A stretch of DNA of 64,000 nucleotides, taken from assembly GCA_963667465.2 (NCBI GenBank), contig CAXXDN010000001.1, forward strand, positions 768,001 through 832,000. Reading direction: 5' to 3'. Within the stretch, counting starts at the first letter, position 1; the number at the start of each line of letters is the position of its first letter. The DNA comes from Dehalococcoidia bacterium (GTDB lineage: Bacteria > Chloroflexota > Dehalococcoidia > UBA2979). A program made the position numbers and the translations under genes. Positions 48,991 to 59,380 of the stretch are shown here, in pieces. The notes beneath the pieces are model-generated. The model was given only the letters and a program-made list of their open reading frames with translations. It searched no databases and was not told where the DNA came from.

Positions 48991-50772
48991 CTAGACGGCG
49001 CACTCGCCTTCGCCGCGCTCGAGGACGTAGAGGCCTTCCCGCTCCCAGTCGATGAACTCGTCCATCGTCTGGACGGAGAACTCCGGCGGCAGCGTCAGGT
49101 CCGTTACGGCCTCCTCGAACGGGGCCTTGCCGACGCGGTCGAAGAAGTCGTTGAACTCCTCGCCGTCGCTGCGCTCCGCCTCGTAGAGACGGATGAAGCG
49201 CTCGACGGCGTCCGGCACGCGCTTGGCGGGCAGGCGCGCCTTGATCAGCGTGCCGAGGCGCAGATCCTGGCCGGTGCGGCGGTTGCCGGCGATGAATACG
49301 TGATAGGCGGGGGCCTGGCGATCGCCAGACTTGATGGCCGCGCCGTGGAAGCCGATGTTCGCGATGTGGTGCTGGCCGCACGAGTTGGGGCAGCCGCTGG
49401 CGTTGATCAGGATCCGCCGCGTCAGCGGGTCCGTGATCTGCAGCGAGCGGACGTGCTCGGAAACCGCGCGGTTGAGGCCCATCGAGCTGGTGATGCCCAG
49501 CTTGCAGCTGTCCGTGCCCGGGCAGCTCACGACGTCCTCGATCTCGAGGATGCCGCCGCCATTCAGGCCGAGCTCGCCGAGCGCCAGCCAGACGGCGTAG
49601 ACGGACTCGTTCGGGATCCAGCGCAGCACGATGTTCTGCCACGGCGTGGTGCGGGCGCGGCCGGAGCCGTACTCGCGCATGATCGTGGCCAGACCGCGGA
49701 ACTGCTCGGGCGTGAGGTCGCCCTGCGGTACCTGTACCTCGATGGCTGCGTAGCCTGCCTGGCGCTGCGCCTTCACTGCTGTGCGCGCCCATTCCTCGAA
49801 GGTGGCGCGGTCGGTGTCGGTCGGCTGCGGCGCGTCATCGGGCGGGGCTGGGGCGTCGGCCTCCTCGTCGTCGAGGAAGAGCAGCGGGTCGGGCAGGGCG
49901 TCGGCCTGCGCCCACTCGCCCTCGAGCTCCGCGTCGACCATCGCGCGGAACGCCTCCTCGCCCACGCGGTGGACGAGGAACTTGATGCGCGCCTTGGCGA
50001 GGTTCTTGCGCAGCTCGTCGGCGTCGTTGAAGACGCGCAGCACGGCGTGCGAGTGCCTGAGGTACTCGTCGACCGAGACCCACTCGCGGAGGACTACGGC
50101 GTGCTTCGCCATGATCGAGAGCCCGCCGCCGGCGACGATCCGGAAGCCCCTGGTAGGCACGCCAGCGACCTCGCGGATCTCGGGGATGAAGCCGAGGTCG
50201 TGGATCTGCGTGAGCGCGGAGTCCTCGTCGCTGCCGGAGAAGGCGACCTTGAACTTGCGAGGTAGCAACTGGGTCAGCTCGCTGCGCACGAAGTAGCGCA
50301 CGAAGGCGCCGGCGTAGGGGGTGACGTCGAACGGCTCGTCGTCGCGGATGCCGGCCCAGGGGTCGCCGGTGACGTTGCGCACGGTGTTGCCGCAGGCCTC
50401 GCGCGTGGAGAGGCCGGCGCGGCCGAGCACCTGCAGCAGCTCGAGCGTCTCGTCGAGGGGGACGTGGTGGTACTGCACGTTCTCGCGTGTGGTCAGGTGG
50501 CCCTTGCGCAGCGGCGTGAAGCGCTCGGCGACCTCGCCGAAGGCGTCGAGCTGGTCAGAGGTGACCCCGCCAAAGGGCAGCTTGACGCGGATCATCTGGC
50601 GGTCGGCCTGACGCTGACCGTAGACACCCTGGCGCAGCCGGAACTTGGTGAAGTCCAGCGCGTCCCGGTTACCCTCGAGGAACTCGGTCGCCTCGGTGGT
50701 GAAGTCCGCAAGTTCGTCCTCGAGGATCGGGATCACGAAACCGGGGGTGTCGGCACGGACGCTGGTGGTCAT
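48991..50772 (-). CDS. Ferredoxin-dependent nitrite/sulfite reductase (siroheme)
   Basis: GVYGQRQ, HLTTRENVQ, ACGNTVRN, LPRKFK, CPGTDSC...SGCPNSCG. Confidence 0.93.
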   Translation of the reverse strand: MTTSVRADTPGFVIPILEDELADFTTEATEFLEGNRDALDFTKFRLRQGVYGQRQADRQMIRVKLPFGGVTSDQLDAFGEVAERFTPLRKGHLTTRENVQYHHVPLDETLELLQVLGRAGLSTREACGNTVRNVTGDPWAGIRDDEPFDVTPYAGAFVRYFVRSELTQLLPRKFKVAFSGSDEDSALTQIHDLGFIPEIREVAGVPTRGFRIVAGGGLSIMAKHAVVLREWVSVDEYLRHSHAVLRVFNDADELRKNLAKARIKFLVHRVGEEAFRAMVDAELEGEWAQADALPDPLLFLDDEEADAPAPPDDAPQPTDTDRATFEEWARTAVKAQRQAGYAAIEVQVPQGDLTPEQFRGLATIMREYGSGRARTTPWQNIVLRWIPNESVYAVWLALGELGLNGGGILEIEDVVSCPGTDSCKLGITSSMGLNRAVSEHVRSLQITDPLTRRILINASGCPNSCGQHHIANIGFHGAAIKSGDRQAPAYHVFIAGNRRTGQDLRLGTLIKARLPAKRVPDAVERFIRLYEAERSDGEEFNDFFDRVGKAPFEEAVTDLTLPPEFSVQTMDEFIDWEREGLYVLERGEGECAV

Positions 50773-50790
50773 CAAGTGCTCCTGGGGAGG

Positions 50791-50845
50791 GATTTGCTAT
50801 TGTCGACAAATCCGGTAAACAACACAGACAATTCTGTCGGGCAAT
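50791..50845. promoter_or_regulatory. AT-rich divergent promoter region with palindromic operator candidates
   Basis: TTGTCGACAA (50800-09) and CAGAC-N6-GTCGG (50825-40). Confidence 0.45.
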
Positions 50846-50920
50846 CGTAACAGCCGGGGGAGCAGTGTCAACGCAAAACCTCCGGCGCGAACGCTCCGGC
50901 CCAGCCCGCGAGGCGTCCAG

Positions 50921-51547
50921 GTGACTGTCCCGGCCCCGCGCGACTGCGTCGACGCCGAGCGTTTCGCGCGTGCCATCGCCGCGATCGACGCCGCCAACGC
51001 CGCCGACCCGGCGACGATCATGGTTGGCGGCGAGCCACGCCCGAAGGAACTGACGCACGCGGCGCTGCTCTGCGAGTGGGTCGCACGGCTCGCCTCCTCG
51101 CCCGGCGAGGCGCTGCTGCTGGCGGCGCGGGCGCACCACATCCGGCGCTGGACCGTGCCGCGCTCGAGCTACCCGCCGGGCCGCGGCGCCTACCTGCGCT
51201 GGCGCCGCGATCTGCGCCGCTTCCACGCCGGCGAGGTCGCGCGCATCCTCCGCGCCGAGGGCTACGACGACTCGCTGATCGAGCGCGTCCAGCAGATCGT
51301 GCGCAAGGAGGGGCTGGTCAGCGACCCCGAGGTGCAGACGCTGGAGGACGGCCTGAACCTCGTCTTCCTGCAGACACAGTTCGATGAGTTCCGCGAGCGC
51401 CTCGGCGACGACGACAGGTTGGTCGCAATCGTGCGCCGCACCTGGCGCAAGATGAGCGAACGCGGTCGCGAGGCGGCGCTCGGCCTCGAGCTCAGCGAGC
51501 GCGGCCGCGCGATAGTAGCGAACGCGCTCGAGGACGCGGGGGAGTAG
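50921..51547 (+). CDS. DUF4202 protein
   Basis: IDAANAADP, LAARAHHIRRW.VPR..YP.GR.AYL.WR, VQTLED. Confidence 0.9.
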   Translation: MTVPAPRDCVDAERFARAIAAIDAANAADPATIMVGGEPRPKELTHAALLCEWVARLASSPGEALLLAARAHHIRRWTVPRSSYPPGRGAYLRWRRDLRRFHAGEVARILRAEGYDDSLIERVQQIVRKEGLVSDPEVQTLEDGLNLVFLQTQFDEFRERLGDDDRLVAIVRRTWRKMSERGREAALGLELSERGRAIVANALEDAGE

Positions 51548-51604
51548 CGCGCGGGCGTGATAGCCTAGCTCTTGGTCGGCGGGGAACCTCGGAGGGCGAG
51601 CACC

Positions 51605-52327
51605 GTGGCTCAGTCACCACATGAGCGACTGCAACGGCCCATCTACAGCTACGCCGAGGCCGATCGGATTACTGCGGTGACCCGCGGCACGTCGAAGCGA
51701 TGGCTCCGGGGCTACCAGTACAAGGTCGCCGGAGAACCTGTGAGCGCTCCTCCAGTCACGTGGGGACTTCCACGATCCGACGAACCAGGTGTGTCGTTCT
51801 TCGATCTTGTCGAGATCGCTGCGATCGGCCGACTAAAAGAGGTCGGGTGGTCGCTTCCCGTGATCCGAGCGGCTGCTGAGGCGTGCCAGCGCATGTTCCG
51901 TCTGCAGCGACCACTCGTGACCGAGCGGTTCATGACCGACGGCAGCGACTTCTTCGTGCGGCGTGACGGTGCCCTGATCGAGGTGGGAATTGGTCGGTTC
52001 CCGGGAGAGCGGGCCTGGGATGAAGTGCTTGCGCCATTCCTGGAGACTGTCGAGTACGAACGCCAGTACGTGCGCCGCTGGTGGCCAATCGGGCGCAACA
52101 GACGTGTGGTTGTCGACCCTGACTTCGGATTCGGGCTCCCCGTGATTGCGGGCTCCGGTGTACGAACGGAGATCGTGTACGAACAGGCGCAGGCAGGCGT
52201 CCCATACGAGCGCATCGCCTTGGACTTCGGGATTGGCCAAGACGACATCGACCACGCGATACAGTTCGAGGGTGCGCGTGATGTCGAGCACGCAACTTCG
52301 CACGAGGCGTCGCGTCTGCCTGCATGA
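51605..52327 (+). CDS. HTH + DUF433 antitoxin (VapB45-like)
   Basis: Y..AEA....V...T..RW HTH, SFFDLVE, VDPDFGFGLPVI..GVRT. Confidence 0.85.
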   Translation: MAQSPHERLQRPIYSYAEADRITAVTRGTSKRWLRGYQYKVAGEPVSAPPVTWGLPRSDEPGVSFFDLVEIAAIGRLKEVGWSLPVIRAAAEACQRMFRLQRPLVTERFMTDGSDFFVRRDGALIEVGIGRFPGERAWDEVLAPFLETVEYERQYVRRWWPIGRNRRVVVDPDFGFGLPVIAGSGVRTEIVYEQAQAGVPYERIALDFGIGQDDIDHAIQFEGARDVEHATSHEASRLPA

Positions 52328-52698
52328 TCTTCATTGATCGCTCCATCCCCCGGAGCGTTGCGAATGCGCTGAGTTGCGTCCGCGACGATGTCGAATGGTT
52401 GGAGCCACGGTTTCCGCACGATACCCCTGACGAGGAGTGGCTAGCCGAGGCCGGCCGCCAAGGTTGGGTCGCGGTGTCTCGCGACAAGAAGATTCGGACC
52501 CGTCCCGGTGCTCGTCAGGCAATCCAGGACAACGACACCGGCTGCTTCATCCTGACCCAGAGGCAGAATCTCGCCCCCTGGGATCTCTTGAAGGTCATCG
52601 TTCCGACCCTTGACGAGATGGAACGACTCTTTGCCGAGACGCCACGCCCCTTCATCTACACGATTGACAGTACAACGCGCTTCCGCCACGTCGTGTAG
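52324..52698 (+). CDS. PIN-like toxin (VapC45-like)
   Basis: IFIDRSI, TPDEEWL..AG..GW..VSRDKKIR; ATGA overlap with antitoxin. Confidence 0.85.
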   Translation: MIFIDRSIPRSVANALSCVRDDVEWLEPRFPHDTPDEEWLAEAGRQGWVAVSRDKKIRTRPGARQAIQDNDTGCFILTQRQNLAPWDLLKVIVPTLDEMERLFAETPRPFIYTIDSTTRFRHVV

Positions 52699-52750
52699 CG
52701 CGCGGAAGCGCCCGACGGTCGCTGCGTCCGCTGTCCTGTAGACTCGGCTG

Positions 52751-54043
52751 ATGATCACCCTCGAGTCGATCGGCCGGCGGCACCCCGCGCTGCAATCGCG
52801 GGACTTCCGGCGCATCTTCGCCAATGCCTTCTTCGCCTCGGCCTCGCACTGGACGATGCTGCTGGCGCGCGGCTGGCTGATCTTCGAGCTGACCGGTCAC
52901 GCCGGCTGGGTCGGTGCGGCCACCTTCGCGGGCATGGTCCCACTGCTCCTGGCCGGACCGATCGGCGGCGCGCTGGCCGACCGGGCGGACCGGCGGCGCA
53001 TGGCGATCGCCGCCGACATCGTCAGCATCATCTCGGCGTTGGGCCTCGCGGCAATCACGCTGCCGGGCTTCGTCGAGCCGTGGCACGTGATCGCGTTCGC
53101 GGCGCTGGGCGGCACGGCGCGCGCCTTCGGCACCCCGGCCGAGCAGGCGCTGGTCGCGAACGTCGTCCCCAAGGAGCACCTCCTGAACGCGATCGCGCTC
53201 GCCGGGATCACGCGCCACGGCTCGCGTGTGCTGGGCCCCACAATCGGCGGCGCGATGCTCTCCTGGCTGGGGTCGGGCTCCGTGTTCATCCTCTCCGGCT
53301 GCTTCGTCATGCTCGCCCTCTATCAGATCTTCAAGCTGGAGTACCGTGCGCCGCCAGCGGCGGGGGAAACCGACGGCCCGCTCTTCGATGGGCGCCGCAT
53401 CATGAGCGACATCGGCGCGGGCTTCGCTTACCTCGAGCGCGACGCACGCGTGGCGTTCGTCATGGCGCTCGTCGGGCTGCACTGCGGCCTGACGATGGCG
53501 TTCGATTCGATGATGCCGACCCTGGCGACGCAGGTCGGCGGGGCGGACCGCACCTACAGCGCGATCATCGTCGGCGTCGGCGTGGGTGCGATCTGCGGCA
53601 CGCTCGTGATCTCGATGCTGCGGACGGACGTGGCGCAAGGCCGCGCACTGCTCATCGTCGGCATCGGGAGCGGGGCCGCGATGCTCGTGCTTGGGTTCGC
53701 GGCCACGGCCTGGATGGCGGTCCTCGGCGGGGTTGCGACCGGCCTGACGCAGGCCAGCTACATGGCGCTCTCGGCGACGTTCGTGCAGCGCACCGTGCCG
53801 GACGAGTATCGCGGGCGCGTGATGTCGATCTACCTGATGCTCGCGGCGGGCCACATGGCCTTCGCGAACTTCGGTTTTGGCTGGCTCTCCAACGAGCTCG
53901 GCGTGCGCGTGCTGCTGATCATTCCCGCGATGATCTGGACGCTCTCCTTCCTCACGGCGGCGTTGCTGCTGCCCGAGGTCCGATCGCTGGTGCGCAGGGG
54001 GACGTTCCGCCCGCGGCCCGCGGCCGTGGGCGTCGAGCCGTAG
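52751..54043 (+). CDS. MFS transporter
   Basis: GGALADRADRRR motif A, PDEYRGRVMS. Confidence 0.9.
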   Translation: MITLESIGRRHPALQSRDFRRIFANAFFASASHWTMLLARGWLIFELTGHAGWVGAATFAGMVPLLLAGPIGGALADRADRRRMAIAADIVSIISALGLAAITLPGFVEPWHVIAFAALGGTARAFGTPAEQALVANVVPKEHLLNAIALAGITRHGSRVLGPTIGGAMLSWLGSGSVFILSGCFVMLALYQIFKLEYRAPPAAGETDGPLFDGRRIMSDIGAGFAYLERDARVAFVMALVGLHCGLTMAFDSMMPTLATQVGGADRTYSAIIVGVGVGAICGTLVISMLRTDVAQGRALLIVGIGSGAAMLVLGFAATAWMAVLGGVATGLTQASYMALSATFVQRTVPDEYRGRVMSIYLMLAAGHMAFANFGFGWLSNELGVRVLLIIPAMIWTLSFLTAALLLPEVRSLVRRGTFRPRPAAVGVEP

Positions 54044-54050
54044 TCCGCAG

Positions 54051-55310
54051 CTACGCCCTGCTGCCCGGCTTACCCCTTCCGTCCGAGGGCGCCTCGGCGT
54101 CTTGCGCGAGTGCGAGCGTGAAGCAGACCGTCGCCCCCGGCGTGCGATCGGCTACCCGGATGCGGCCCCCGAGGCGGTGGACGAGCTGGCGCGTGATCGC
54201 GAGGCCGAGGCCGGCCCCGCCGCCCGTCCCGCGCGAGTCGTCGCCTGTGTAGAAGCGCTCGAAGACGCGCTCGCGCTCGCTGGGCAGGATGCCGGAGCCC
54301 TCGTCGCGGACCTCGAAGCGCACCTCGCCGTTGCCGACGAACGCGGCGAGGGCGATGCGGCTGTCGTCGGGGCTGTGGCGCAACGCGTTGTCCAGCAGGT
54401 TCGCGAGCACCTCGCCGACGTACTCGCGGTGTCCCGCGACGAGCGCGCCGGTGGCCTCCTCGATGTCCACGCGGATCCGGCGCTGCGCGGCGACGGGCGC
54501 GACGCGTGCGGCTGCGCCCTCGAGCAGCTCCTCCGGCGTCAGCGGCTCGAGTTCGATCGGCTCGTCGCCGGACTCGAGCTGCGCGAGGAGCAGCATCCGC
54601 TCCACGAGCCTGCTCATCCGCTCGATCTCCTCGCCGAGCAGTCGCAGGAAGCGGTCGCGGTCGGCCGGATCCTCGGCCGCAGTCTGGAAGGTCTCGGCGA
54701 TCGCGCGCGCCCCCGCCAGCGGGGTGCGCAGCTCGTGCGCGAGGTTCGCGACGAGGTCGGAGCGCGCCCGCTGCGCAGCGCGCAACGTGGTCAGGTCCTC
54801 GACGGCGATCAGCTGCGTCGCCCGCCCGCCGGCCAGCGGCAGGTCGATCGGCGCCGCGCTGAGCCGCGCCTCGACGCCGTTCGTGAAGTGGGCTTCGCGC
54901 GAGCCGTGGAGGCGTTCCCGGGCGAACTCGACCAGCTCGATCTCACGGATCGCGCGGATCAGCGAGACGCCCAGCATCGTCTCGAGCGGGTGCTCGACGA
55001 TGCGCGCGAGCGTGTCGTTCGCGGCGAGCACGTTGAGCTGGTCGTCGAGCAGCAGCACGCCGCAGGGCAGCGGCGCGAGCAGCGGCGTGGCATCGGGCGG
55101 CGGCCCCGCCTCCGGCGAGGCGTCCGGGGCGGGTGACGGCTCGGGCGCCGGTCCGGCTACGCCGGGATCGGCGGCCCGCACGAGGAACGCGGTGGCGAGG
55201 AAGGCGACGAGCGCGATCGGAGCGGCCGCGGGGCCCGGCAGCAGCAGCACCGCGGCGGCGACGAGACCCGCCAGGCCGGCCAGCGCAGCCCAGCGCCAGC
55301 CGGGGGTCAT
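54051..55310 (-). CDS. Sensor histidine kinase (PhoR/SenX3-like)
   Basis: N-terminal TM helices, PAS-like segment, HELRTPL, NLLDNA, DEGSGI, GAGLGL. Confidence 0.9.
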   Translation of the reverse strand: MTPGWRWAALAGLAGLVAAAVLLLPGPAAAPIALVAFLATAFLVRAADPGVAGPAPEPSPAPDASPEAGPPPDATPLLAPLPCGVLLLDDQLNVLAANDTLARIVEHPLETMLGVSLIRAIREIELVEFARERLHGSREAHFTNGVEARLSAAPIDLPLAGGRATQLIAVEDLTTLRAAQRARSDLVANLAHELRTPLAGARAIAETFQTAAEDPADRDRFLRLLGEEIERMSRLVERMLLLAQLESGDEPIELEPLTPEELLEGAAARVAPVAAQRRIRVDIEEATGALVAGHREYVGEVLANLLDNALRHSPDDSRIALAAFVGNGEVRFEVRDEGSGILPSERERVFERFYTGDDSRGTGGGAGLGLAITRQLVHRLGGRIRVADRTPGATVCFTLALAQDAEAPSDGRGKPGSRA

Positions 55311-55345
55311 CGCTTGCGGCTCGAAGAGGGCTGTGCGGGCACGGG

Positions 55346-56038
55346 TCAGGGCTCGAACTTGTAGCCCACGGTCCGCACCGTCACGAGGTGTTGCGGCTTC
55401 GAGGGCGCAGCTTCGAGCTTCTGGCGCAGCCAGCGCATGTGCACGTCCACGGTGCGCGTGCCGCCGCCGAACTCGTAGCCCCAGACCTGCTCCAGGATGC
55501 GATCGCGCGTCAGCACCTGGCGCGGGTGGCGCATCAGGCACTCCAGCAGGTCGAACTCCTTCGGACGCAGCCGCACGACCTCGCCGTGACGCCGCACCTC
55601 GCGAGCCTCGGGCCGCAGCTCGATGCCGCCGCCGCGTAACGTCCCGCCGTTCACTCCTCCGGCGGCCTCGCGCGAGATCCGGTCACGACGCAGCATCGCG
55701 CTTACCCGCGCGATCAGCTCCTGCATCGAGAACGGTTTGGTGACGTAGTCGTCGGCGCCGAGGTCCAGCCCCGCGATCTTGTCGCCCTCGGCGCTGCGCG
55801 CGGTCAGCACCAGGATTGGCACGGGCCGCTCGTCGCGCACGATGCGGCAGACATCGAGGCCGGACATGCGCGGCAGCATCAGGTCGAGCACGATCAGGTC
55901 CGGCTCGGTCTCGCGCGAGAGCTGCAATCCCGAGACGCCGTCGGCGGCGGTGACCACGTCGTAGCCCTCGCGGCCGAGGTTGTAGGCGACCGTCTCGAGG
56001 ATCGCTGCGTCGTCTTCGACTACCAGCACGCGAGCCAT
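55346..56038 (-). CDS. OmpR/PhoB-family response regulator
   Basis: VVEDD, LDLMLP, GADDYVTKPF, TRTVDVH, TVRTVGY. Confidence 0.95.
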   Translation of the reverse strand: MARVLVVEDDAAILETVAYNLGREGYDVVTAADGVSGLQLSRETEPDLIVLDLMLPRMSGLDVCRIVRDERPVPILVLTARSAEGDKIAGLDLGADDYVTKPFSMQELIARVSAMLRRDRISREAAGGVNGGTLRGGGIELRPEAREVRRHGEVVRLRPKEFDLLECLMRHPRQVLTRDRILEQVWGYEFGGGTRTVDVHMRWLRQKLEAAPSKPQHLVTVRTVGYKFEP

Positions 56039-56183
56039 ACCCCCAGTCTCGCCGCCGCCCCCCCGGCCTCGCAAGCGCGAGCGTGCGTCCGGGGCCGATG
56101 GCGCGCCAATGTTTGGTTATCCAGCCTCCGGCGCCGCGCCCTCGCCGGTGCGTTGCCCTCGCTGGCCGCGCTGTCGCGCGGCT

Positions 56184-56299
56184 CCCCCTCACCCCCGCCC
56201 GCTCCCGCCAGGGGAGAGGGGGCTGGACTCGCCCTCGATAGTCTGTTGCGCCCGCGAATCCGGCCCCCTCTCCTGGGGGAGAGGGTTGGGGTGAGGGGG
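56184..56299. repeat. Inverted REP-like pair; minus-strand copy carries intact IS110 target CCCCAACC-CT-CTCCC
   Basis: 56184-56222 (+) and 56264-56299 (-); linker shares GGCTGGACTCGCCCTCG with the 48615 cluster. Confidence 0.85.
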
Positions 56300-56443
56300 C
56301 GCGCCTGCCTGGCTGCTGACTCGAAGGGTTGTTGCGCCCTCGGAGGTTCCCGGCGGGGGCGTGGGGGTCTGCGAGGTATCCTCGCGCCCGATCGAGACCG
56401 TGCCCCAACAGCAGACGCGCGCCTGGCTTCGAAGAACCGAGGG

Positions 56444-57745
56444 CTAGATCGCGCCGCGCTCCGCCAGCACCGGCAGGTCCTCGGCCGGGACGCCCAGCTC
56501 GCCGTGGTAGACGGCGTGGTTGTGCTCGCCGAGCAGCGGCGCGCGGCACGGCAGCCCGCGCGGGACGCCCTCGAAGCGGTACGGCCCGACGGGGAGGCGT
56601 GCCTGCTGCCCGTCGGCCAGCTCGATCGGCGCGAAGCTCTCGCGGTCCGTCCAATGCGGGTCGTCGAGGTTCTCCTCGGGGCGCCGCACGATGCCCCATG
56701 GCAGGTGCATCCCCTGCCCGCCGCGGTAGGCCTCCTCCGTCGTCAGCATCGAGACGAAGCGCTTGGTCACCTCGGAGAATCGCTTACGCTCCTCCTCAGC
56801 CTCGTTGCGGGCCGCGAAGATGGCGGCGCGGTAGCGCGGCTCGCGCAGGTCCTCGGCGGCGTCGTACTGGTCCATCCAGTCGAGCATGTCGTCGAGGTAG
56901 CGCGCGGAGCGCGGCTGCCCGCCGCCGATCACGTTCATGTGACGTCCGTCGATGGTCGGGAACTGGATCTCCGGCGTCGGGCCGGGCGCCGAGTGGCGGC
57001 CGGTGGCGCGCTGGTTGATCTCGCGGCGGTACTCCCAGCTCGGGAACGCGCCCTCGGTCGTGGCGCTCACCGCGTCGTGGATCGCGAGGTCAACCAGCTC
57101 CGGCCCTTCGGCGGCTCCGGCATCCAGCCCGAACAGCGCGCCGAGGATGCCGACCACCGCGTACTCGCCGCCCATCCAGTAGGAGTGGTCGAAGCCGCCG
57201 CGGATCGGCGGCAACTCGTGGTCCGTGTAGCCCGTGCTCATCATCGGGCCGCCGAGCGCGAGCTGGACGAGGTCGCTCGAGGCCCAGTTCGCCCACGGCC
57301 CCTCGCGGCCGAACGGCGTGATCGAGCACCACACGCGCGGGCCCGCCCAGCCGTCCGCCAGCCGCGCCTCCCAGCCTGCGCCGAGCGCGTCGAGGACGCC
57401 GTGGCCGGAGCCGTCGATGACCACGTCGGCGCTCTCGCAGAGCCGCCGCCACAGCGCGCGGCCCTCGGCGTGCTCGAGGTCCAGCGTGATGCCGCGCTTG
57501 TTCGCGTTGTGCGCGGCGAAGCGCAGCGACGTCTCGACGCCCGGCTCGTCGCCGGGGTAGGGCCCGATGTGCCGGGATGCCGCGCCCGAGGGCGGCTCGA
57601 CGCGAATCACGTCGGCTCCGACGTCGGCGAGCAGCCTCCCGGCGATCTCGCCGAGGTCGCCGACCTCGACGACACGCACGCGATCGAGGATCGGCGCGCC
57701 GTCCAGGCTATCGGCGAAGTCCGGCAGCGGGGGTGCGTCGCTCAT
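56444..57745 (-). CDS. CaiB/BaiF CoA-transferase subunit (BbsE-like)
   Basis: GRLLADVGADVIRVEPP, NKRGITLDL, APLLGEHN. Confidence 0.88.
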   Translation of the reverse strand: MSDAPPLPDFADSLDGAPILDRVRVVEVGDLGEIAGRLLADVGADVIRVEPPSGAASRHIGPYPGDEPGVETSLRFAAHNANKRGITLDLEHAEGRALWRRLCESADVVIDGSGHGVLDALGAGWEARLADGWAGPRVWCSITPFGREGPWANWASSDLVQLALGGPMMSTGYTDHELPPIRGGFDHSYWMGGEYAVVGILGALFGLDAGAAEGPELVDLAIHDAVSATTEGAFPSWEYRREINQRATGRHSAPGPTPEIQFPTIDGRHMNVIGGGQPRSARYLDDMLDWMDQYDAAEDLREPRYRAAIFAARNEAEEERKRFSEVTKRFVSMLTTEEAYRGGQGMHLPWGIVRRPEENLDDPHWTDRESFAPIELADGQQARLPVGPYRFEGVPRGLPCRAPLLGEHNHAVYHGELGVPAEDLPVLAERGAI

Positions 57746-58992
57746 ACGGCCGCCTCCGCCCGCAGTTGCGCGATCTCCTCGGGCGTGCAGCCCAGCTCCG
57801 TCAGCACCTCGTCGATGTGCTCGCCGAGGCCGGGCGCGCCGCGCTGCACGTCCCAGCCAAGCTGGCGGAAGAGGAAGGGCAGGCCCTCGTAGAAGCGATC
57901 GCCGACGTACGGGCTGGGGGCGGCGCGGTAGAAGCCACGGGCGGCCAGCTGCTCGTCCTGCATCTTGTCCGGCATGTGTTGCGCAAGGCCCGCGGGCACG
58001 CCGCGCGCCTGCAGCGCGAACATCAGCTTGCGAGCATCGCGCTGGCGCGTGCACTCCGTGATCGCCGCGTCCAGCTCGTCCTGCGCGGCGAGGCGCGCCT
58101 CGAGGCTGGCGAAGCGCTCGTCGTCGGCGAGTCCGGGCGCGCCGAGTTCCTCGCAGAGTTCGCGCCAGTGCTCCTCGGTCTCGATGGCTACCGTGATCCA
58201 GCGGTCGTCGCCGGCGCAGCGGTAGGCGCCGTGGGGCGCCATCGCCGGGTGCTGCGAGCGGTTGCCGAGGCGCTCCGACTGGCGGCCGTTGATCTGCCAG
58301 TCGAGCATGGTCACGCCGGTCATCACCATGCCGGTCTCCACCTGCGAGATGTCGATGCGCTGTGCGCCCTCGATGCGCTCGCGCCGCCGCAGGGCGAGCA
58401 GCATCGCGATCGCGCCGTAGTAGCCGGCCGAGTGATCGAGGTAGGAGTAGCCCCAGCCGGCCGGATCCTGGTCGGGCAGGCCGGAGATGTAGGTCAGCCC
58501 GGAGACAGCCTGCGCCGTCGGGCCCCACGTCACGTAGGAGCTGTCGCGACCGTAGTGGCCGTAGCCGGAGAGTGAGAGGTAGATGATCTTCGGGTTGAGC
58601 TCGCGCAGGCGCTCGAAGCTGAAGCCCATGCGGGCGAACGCGCCGGGGCTGAAGTTCTCGGTGACCGCGTCCGCCCCGGAGATCAGCTGCTCGATCAACT
58701 CGCGGGTGCGCGGGTGGTAGATGTTGGCGGTGATGCCGCGCTTGTTGCGGTTGAAGTTGTTGAAGATGCCGGAACGGTCCGGGTGGGGGTCCCCCTCCGC
58801 GGGCAGGCCCCCGCGCAGCGAGTCCATGTGCCCCTCGTTCTCGACGCGGATCACGTCCGCCCCGAGGTCGGCGATGATGCGCGTCGCCTGCGGCCCGGCG
58901 ACGATCCAGGTGAAGTCCACCACGCGGATCCCCGCCAGGGGCCGCGGCCGCTCGTCGTAGGCGCGGTCGCTGTTCGCGTCGCTCTTCGCCAT
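57742..58992 (-). CDS. CaiB/BaiF CoA-transferase subunit (BbsF-like)
   Basis: PLAGIRVVDFTW..AGP, NRNKRG, ENFSPG, YLD catalytic Asp, APGLGEH. Confidence 0.9.
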   Translation of the reverse strand: MAKSDANSDRAYDERPRPLAGIRVVDFTWIVAGPQATRIIADLGADVIRVENEGHMDSLRGGLPAEGDPHPDRSGIFNNFNRNKRGITANIYHPRTRELIEQLISGADAVTENFSPGAFARMGFSFERLRELNPKIIYLSLSGYGHYGRDSSYVTWGPTAQAVSGLTYISGLPDQDPAGWGYSYLDHSAGYYGAIAMLLALRRRERIEGAQRIDISQVETGMVMTGVTMLDWQINGRQSERLGNRSQHPAMAPHGAYRCAGDDRWITVAIETEEHWRELCEELGAPGLADDERFASLEARLAAQDELDAAITECTRQRDARKLMFALQARGVPAGLAQHMPDKMQDEQLAARGFYRAAPSPYVGDRFYEGLPFLFRQLGWDVQRGAPGLGEHIDEVLTELGCTPEEIAQLRAEAAV

Positions 58993-59380
58993 CGGCGCTC
59001 TCCGTCCGGGCCGCCAGTCGCGCTCCGCTCTCGCGTGAGCCTCGACAAGCGGCGCGAGGCTGTCAAGCGGGCGGGGGCGTGGGGCGCCCTCGGAGCCGGA
59101 TCTCGACGGCAACGCCGGCAGCCTCGCCGTCCCTCCCCCTCTTTGCCGCGGGGTGCCACGTGCTCCCCTCCGACGGGGTAGGCGACCCCGCAGCTCCCGG
59201 GTTTCCGCCGGAGTGCACGGCAATCACTTTGGCACGAAAACGTTACTGCGAAACCCGCGCAAGTTACGGAGGCGCCAATGTTCGCGCATGCTATTGTTTT
59301 CGCTCATCTCTCGGGGGCGGGCCGTCAGAGCCCGGTCGGCGCTACGGACCGGCGAACCGGTCCGGCGGGAGGTCGTTCCG

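Noticed and set aside
59229-59250. Sigma-54 promoter (TGGCACG)
   Set aside because: No TTGC at the required -12 spacing
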